DNA from: an uncultured virus (IMG/VR IMGVR_UViG_3300021962_006841)
Taxonomy: Duplodnaviria; Heunggongvirae; Uroviricota; Caudoviricetes
Length of the DNA stretch: 20,000 nt
IMG/VR virus record: IMGVR_UViG_3300021962_006841
Direction: 5' to 3' (one strand)
This document shows, piece after piece, positions 15,408-20,000 of this stretch (within the stretch, counting starts at the first letter, position 1; every line of letters begins with the position of its first letter). Position numbers and translations under genes: made by a program. The notes under the pieces are model-generated. The model worked only from the letters and a program-made list of their open reading frames with translations, searched no databases and had not been told where the DNA came from.

Positions 15408-16370
15408 TTACTTCTTAATCTTAGAAATGTCAGCAGTTGCAGCAGCACCAACAGATGCTAGAGCAGCAAGGCTACCACCAAACGTATAAGACCCAGTGTG
15501 GTTCAATTGCATCCAAGGACATAACCAAACCTTTAGGCCCATGTTACGAACCCACTGACAGAACATATAGTCTTCAGAGAGATATCTCTTAGAGTACTGT
15601 CTTAGTACAGTGTTGTTTGGATCATCGACAAACTTAACAATATCATCTGGCGTTGCAGTTGGATTAGCTTCTAAGAAAGCCTTTAGCTCAGCACCCATAT
15701 ACATTCTCTTACCATCGATTGGTGTATCAAAGAAAGCAAAGATCTCTCTTGAACCATCGAAGTGAGCTGTACGAACATGGTCTGGCTTGTATGACTGATA
15801 TGGGAATGTTTCCTGGAACTTCTTGAATGTGTTCTTACGAATCATCATGAAGCCAGTACCAATCTCTAATACCTCAGCTGGCTCACTCAACTTAATCTGA
15901 GTAGGACCATCCTTAGCAATAACTGGATTGAAAACATAGTCACCAACAAACTGCTCAAGTGAGTTTGGATTTTCATCAGCAACACCCTTATCGACAGCCT
16001 GCTTAACCTTTTCCCAAGAGATACACTTCTTAGGATATGGACCACCAATAATGTCATATGGCGACTCATCCGATTGAAGAGCCAACAATGTAATAACATC
16101 GTTTGGATCAAATCCGATGTCTGAGTCGATAAACATCATGTGGGTAAAGTCGCTTCTCATAAACTCATCAGCACAATAGTTACGCGCGCGAGTAATAAGA
16201 GACTCATTAAACAAATAGTAAACCTTCATGTTGATACCATACTTAACACAAAGTGCAGTTAGGTCGCACATTGAGCGAGTATAGTTACCATGACACTGGC
16301 CACCATACATTGGAGTTGCTACAAAGAGAGATCTCTTTCGCAACTCTTCAATTTCAATTTTAATTTCCAT
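15408..16370 (-). CDS. GT-A fold glycosyltransferase-like protein
   Basis: LFVATPMYGG, NESLITRARN, THMMFIDSDI (DxD), IGTGFMMI, YLSEDYMFC, LNHTG. Confidence 0.7.
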   Translation of the reverse strand: MEIKIEIEELRKRSLFVATPMYGGQCHGNYTRSMCDLTALCVKYGINMKVYYLFNESLITRARNYCADEFMRSDFTHMMFIDSDIGFDPNDVITLLALQSDESPYDIIGGPYPKKCISWEKVKQAVDKGVADENPNSLEQFVGDYVFNPVIAKDGPTQIKLSEPAEVLEIGTGFMMIRKNTFKKFQETFPYQSYKPDHVRTAHFDGSREIFAFFDTPIDGKRMYMGAELKAFLEANPTATPDDIVKFVDDPNNTVLRQYSKRYLSEDYMFCQWVRNMGLKVWLCPWMQLNHTGSYTFGGSLAALASVGAAATADISKIKK

Positions 16371-16376
16371 TGTTTA

Positions 16377-16682
16377 TTACTCCACTGCTCGGAGAAGACT
16401 CTTCTTACCACCTGCAGCCTGAGGAGGTGTTACAATTTGGCTAGTAGCCATCTGATAGTCATTGATCAGCGAATCAACTGGATCCGTAACAAACAATACG
16501 CTAGCAGGTAGCAGCTCGAATCCTTCCATTGCAGTCGTGTATTGCATGAATGGAACGAATACTAAGCGATTCTCTTGGAAGGCTAGCAACAATGGCTTAT
16601 TAACCTTCAACTTCGTCTTAGTTTCTTGAAGATCACAAATGATCTCATCGCCATTCACTAACTTAATAATCTTGATATTCAT
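16377..16682 (-). CDS. Small beta-rich phage protein (Sm-like fold suspected)
   Basis: IKIIKLVNGDEIIC...VNKPL...FVPFMQY...IVTP pattern of T4-like hypothetical proteins; GAGG SD. Confidence 0.65.
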   Translation of the reverse strand: MNIKIIKLVNGDEIICDLQETKTKLKVNKPLLLAFQENRLVFVPFMQYTTAMEGFELLPASVLFVTDPVDSLINDYQMATSQIVTPPQAAGGKKSLLRAVE

Positions 16683-16687
16683 TATAA

Positions 16688-17209
16688 TTACCTCTGTTGG
16701 TTTTTCAAATAACGTGTATACTTTTTCAACTGTCTCAGAGCTTTTTCTTTATGCGCTGGGTGCATCTTTCTAAAAAAGTTGACTCCTTGTAAATGATCAT
16801 ACTCATGCAAGAAGATTCTGGCTGTCATGCCAGTAAACTTTCTTGTCATTGTATTACCGTTAGGTGCTGTGAATCGAACACGAACATGAGCTGGTCTTTT
16901 GATAGGTACACCAACACCTTTATATGATAGGCAGCCTTCCATTAGAGATACAATCTCTTCTGAGACGTCTACAATCTTTGGATTGAAGCAAGCGAAAGCA
17001 GGTTCTCCTTCCATAACAAATACTCTATATGGAAGACCAACCTGGTTTGCTGATAAACCAATACCCTTATGCTCCCGCATAGTGTCCAAAAGATTCCTTG
17101 CAAGTTCTTCTGGATCAACGGGTGGGTTATCAAAATCAAATAGTGGCAACTCTTGTTCTAAGATTGCACTATCATGTTCAATCAAATCATACACCATACT
17201 TTTTATCAT
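16688..17209 (-). CDS. def: Peptide deformylase
   Basis: All three PDF motifs: GIGLSANQ, EGCLS, HEYDH. Start may be at 17197. Confidence 0.95.
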   Translation of the reverse strand: MIKSMVYDLIEHDSAILEQELPLFDFDNPPVDPEELARNLLDTMREHKGIGLSANQVGLPYRVFVMEGEPAFACFNPKIVDVSEEIVSLMEGCLSYKGVGVPIKRPAHVRVRFTAPNGNTMTRKFTGMTARIFLHEYDHLQGVNFFRKMHPAHKEKALRQLKKYTRYLKNQQR

Positions 17210-17681
17210 GCTCTTTATTCAAGCCATAACTACCATCATATTTATGTAAGCTCTCAGCTTTGAATAAAAGAAATTGGCCTACTCTAGTGCCTTTCTGGAT
17301 ACTAAATGGACCACAATGGACATGCATTGCACCAGCCATTACTCCATGATAGCCAGAGTCATATAGACCAGAAGTTAGGAAGACGCCATTACGGTTTAGA
17401 GTAGAACGAGTGATAACCCATCCTGCTTCTCCTTCTCCAACTTCAATAATGTTCTCCATTACGACTTCATAGGTACCTGGCTCAAGATTCCAGAACCCAT
17501 TTTCGTCTGGCTGAAGTTCAACAGAACCTCTATGGCCTTTCTGTGTCTCAGAAAGAGTACAAACATTACTATGAATCTTAAATACTTTACCAAGTCTTAG
17601 GTCAACAGCATTAGGCTGGACATCACCTGGTTGAACATTAGTGAGCTTAGATCCATGCTCACCCATAATATGAATCATCAT
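17187..17681 (-). CDS. Trimeric dUTPase / dCTP deaminase family protein
   Basis: VQPNAVDLRL, RSTLNRNG, YDSGYHG, GTRVGQ, YDGSY. Confidence 0.85.
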   Translation of the reverse strand: MMIHIMGEHGSKLTNVQPGDVQPNAVDLRLGKVFKIHSNVCTLSETQKGHRGSVELQPDENGFWNLEPGTYEVVMENIIEVGEGEAGWVITRSTLNRNGVFLTSGLYDSGYHGVMAGAMHVHCGPFSIQKGTRVGQFLLFKAESLHKYDGSYGLNKEHDKKYGV

Positions 17682-18016
17682 ACCTTATCTTCCTGTGGTT
17701 GCGTAAAATGATACAGAAGAACAATATAGTGAATAGCCTTTAGCAAATCCTTCTTATTGTGTCCTTCCTTCTTACCATATCTCATCAAATACTTGATAGC
17801 AGTATCCCTAGAAGTAGTGTCAACGCTACCAAGAGAATCCCAAACATCAATAGTCTGGATCTCCTCCTTACCAACATAATGCTGTTGATAGGTCTTGCTA
17901 ACATACTCAAGTACTTCGCTGAGGATCTTATCCTCTCTAAACCTATACTTAATTCCATGTTCGGCTGGCATACCAATACCAACCTTCCCATCTGTCGTCA
18001 TTGTAATGTTTGTCAT
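17678..18016 (-). CDS. DUF3310/SaV-like protein (nucleotide-kinase-associated family)
   Basis: YVSKTYQQHY...IQTIDV...AIKYLMRYGKKEG...DLLKAIHY. Confidence 0.75.
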   Translation of the reverse strand: MTNITMTTDGKVGIGMPAEHGIKYRFREDKILSEVLEYVSKTYQQHYVGKEEIQTIDVWDSLGSVDTTSRDTAIKYLMRYGKKEGHNKKDLLKAIHYIVLLYHFTQPQEDKV

Positions 18017-18017
18017 G

Positions 18018-18869
18018 TCAATACCCCGGATCATCATTTAAATATTTGGTTACAATGGTATCAATGTAATCCATATTATACTTTGCCATACGGTAAAAGT
18101 CAATTGGTGTATTGTCTTGCTTCAAGTCAAAGTCTACTTCCAACTCAAACTTACCATCAATGATACCAGTTGGACTACCATCAAATGCTCTACCATTCAA
18201 TCCAAGCCACACACCAGCACTACTATCCCAAGTGTCGATATAGTCTCTGTATGGTTCCATCAACTTGATTTCGTTTGGACCATCAACCATACCTAGGAAG
18301 TGAATCTTCTTCTTATTCTTTCGAATACGGTGAAGAATACCACGGTCATGCAACTCCTGCATAAACATAAAGCGAGCAACAAAGCGCTGAAGCTTATTGC
18401 CCTTTTCTACACCATATGCATTTGGTACACCAAGAATAGATACGCCAATGTAATCAACATGCTTGGACGTTGATGCCCAATCAAATGCATTGATCAAATC
18501 TTCCTTATCACCAATCCTAGACTGGGGTACGAAGAATGTACCATAGCCCTGCCCCACAAATAGTGGTGCAAGATCTATAGCAGCTTGAATAGTCTTAGAT
18601 GAATGTTCACCTGGATAATCAGACATCACAACATAGTTAGCTTTGATCTTACTAGCCATTTCCAATACCTTCATTGGTGATAGCATTGGCAAACCTTGCT
18701 TGTACATCTCAAATGCACTGTTATCCATAATGTTAACACAAGTCTGTCTTCTATAGAACTCAGTATATTCATCACTTGCATCAACAAGATGTGCTAGGGT
18801 GAGATGGTAATCTCTATTTTGAACTAGATCTAGAAAGTCAATAGGAGCAATGTGGCAAAAGTGTGTCAT
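18018..18869 (-). CDS. TGT/DpdA-like TIM-barrel protein (putative 7-deazaguanine transglycosylase)
   Basis: IMDNSAFE (compare DSG/DNGAF), VMSDYP, FFVPQ, KIHFLG, TWDSS; adjacent to QueD-like and FolE2 genes. Confidence 0.6.
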   Translation of the reverse strand: MTHFCHIAPIDFLDLVQNRDYHLTLAHLVDASDEYTEFYRRQTCVNIMDNSAFEMYKQGLPMLSPMKVLEMASKIKANYVVMSDYPGEHSSKTIQAAIDLAPLFVGQGYGTFFVPQSRIGDKEDLINAFDWASTSKHVDYIGVSILGVPNAYGVEKGNKLQRFVARFMFMQELHDRGILHRIRKNKKKIHFLGMVDGPNEIKLMEPYRDYIDTWDSSAGVWLGLNGRAFDGSPTGIIDGKFELEVDFDLKQDNTPIDFYRMAKYNMDYIDTIVTKYLNDDPGY

Positions 18870-19261
18870 ACTGATTCATCCTCTATTGACCAAACTGGCT
18901 TCATACGCTCATAAACAAGCTCACATCCATTCTCACCATCTTCACTTACAATAATAGTTGCATCTCTTCCTGGATATTGATTCTTTAAGTATGTGAGGAG
19001 TTCATCAGCGATCATCTCACAAGACATGAAATCGAGCTTCAGAATACCACTACCATACAACCCCTCCAATTCCCTTTTCAAGAGAATAAACTCGACATCT
19101 CTGTCATCATGGAACACCTCAAGATAGACCTTGAAATGAAACATGTGTCTATGTGGGTTAGCAAGGAACGATACATCCTTTAGCTTCTCATCTGTTGCAG
19201 CAGCTGGATAGCAATGGATGCCTTCCTTCTGAAATGTAACCCAAATCTTCTTCTTAATCAT
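18866..19261 (-). CDS. QueD/PTPS-like T-fold enzyme (6-carboxytetrahydropterin synthase-like)
   Basis: EGIH, PHRHMFHFKV, DRDVEF, SCEMIA, VSEDGENG pattern. Confidence 0.75.
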   Translation of the reverse strand: MIKKKIWVTFQKEGIHCYPAAATDEKLKDVSFLANPHRHMFHFKVYLEVFHDDRDVEFILLKRELEGLYGSGILKLDFMSCEMIADELLTYLKNQYPGRDATIIVSEDGENGCELVYERMKPVWSIEDESV

Positions 19262-19640
19262 TTAGGTACTCCAACTCTTCACCATATAGTTCAAGAACAT
19301 CGGTATATCTCTCATAGTAGATTGATGAGCGATATGGTGACTTATCAACATTGTGTTTAGGATTCAATGCTTGGATGAGAGTCTGTTCTTGAAACTCAAT
19401 ATGTGGCTGCTGACAGTTGTGTGGTTTGATCAACCATGCAAACTTCCACGATTGATGCTCTTCAAGGAGAGTTCTGAAGTTGGTCATATCATAACCCTTC
19501 TCTCTTGCCTTCCTATGGTTCTCTTCTAGGTTCTTTAGACCTAGAGATGTTGAACCAACATACATTAGTTCACAAGCGTCATTGTAGACACCATACACAC
19601 CACGGAAGCGATAGGCAAATGCATCTTTTACACGAGACAT
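19254..19640 (-). CDS. Small GIY-YIG family nuclease
   Basis: GVYGVY-x6-MYVGST, HR, FQEQTLIQALNPKHN (conserved E and N positions); 128 aa. Confidence 0.7.
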   Translation of the reverse strand: MSRVKDAFAYRFRGVYGVYNDACELMYVGSTSLGLKNLEENHRKAREKGYDMTNFRTLLEEHQSWKFAWLIKPHNCQQPHIEFQEQTLIQALNPKHNVDKSPYRSSIYYERYTDVLELYGEELEYLND

Positions 19641-20000
19641 CCAGGAACCTCACTAGGATTGAACTTAGAAGTAACGGCGATGGCATTCCAAGGATGTAGA
19701 CTTTCTTCATGCGAGATAGCCAAAGAGAAGTCCCTAATACGACCCTTGTCATACCATTCGTCCAACGCAGCGTACATGATACGGCAAACGTCTTCAGAGA
19801 ACAACAGGTTGGCACCATTTAATTCAGCAAACGCTTGTTCATCTCGTCTCTTAACAACGATCTGAACTTCAGTTGGAATATGCTTTCTGCAAAGTTCTAC
19901 AATGTCTTCAAACCAAATGATCTTACTTGGATCGAACTCAACCTTGACCTTTAGAATAGATCTCTGACTATGAGCATTAGCAGCAGCGTTACGATGGGTA
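19628..20000 (-). CDS. folE2: GTP cyclohydrolase IB (FolE2), 3' part
   Basis: Manual translation: ...NAHSQRS...VQIVVKRRDEQAFAELNGANLLFSEDVCR...SHEESLHPWNAIAVTSKFNPSEVPGCLV*; HSQRS, KRxDE and ESLH motifs of FolE2. Confidence 0.88.
   Translation of the reverse strand, partial: THRNAAANAHSQRSILKVKVEFDPSKIIWFEDIVELCRKHIPTEVQIVVKRRDEQAFAELNGANLLFSEDVCRIMYAALDEWYDKGRIRDFSLAISHEESLHPWNAIAVTSKFNPSEVPGCLV

Noticed and set aside
17960..18016. TTDGKVGIG fibre-like motif at the N-terminus of the DUF3310-like protein
   Set aside because: Too short to support homology with the motif in the Tat-signal protein; it may be chance.
4722..19818. Short alternative-frame minus-strand ORFs (4722-4910, 5813-6010, 6260-6448, 7657-7866, 14596-14799, 15121-15327, 15887-16111, 17785-17991, 19579-19818)
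   Set aside because: They are nested in better-supported genes and lack convincing SD sequences or motifs.
2051..19865. All plus-strand ORFs in the track (e.g. 4606-5013, 7860-8201, 17759-18163)
   Set aside because: They are antisense shadows of well-supported minus-strand genes, with no recognisable motifs.

Overview
This window is a fragment of a T4-like (Tevenvirinae/Kyanoviridae-type) myophage genome, with all credible genes on the minus strand. In transcription order (right to left) it holds four blocks. (1) A probable 7-deazaguanine DNA-modification and nucleotide cluster: partial FolE2-type GTP cyclohydrolase, small GIY-YIG nuclease, QueD-like, TGT/DpdA-like, DUF3310-like, dUTPase/dCTP deaminase family, peptide deformylase, small beta protein, GT-A glycosyltransferase-like and DsbA-like genes. 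(2) The core gp45-gp44-gp62-regA module. (3) A ~7 kb accessory island between regA and gp43, containing a structured intergenic region with a sigma70-like promoter, small unknown genes, an ANL/acyl-CoA ligase, hsp20 behind a T4 late promoter and ROSE-like leader, a terminator-bounded pstS + porin cassette, and a Tat-signal protein. (4) gp43 DNA polymerase, two hypothetical genes, uvsX, a small overlapping membrane gene and the 5' part of gp41 helicase. The host is probably a Gram-negative proteobacterium (inference from the porin, PstS type and IHF-like sites). All calls come from motif recognition by eye; no searches were run.
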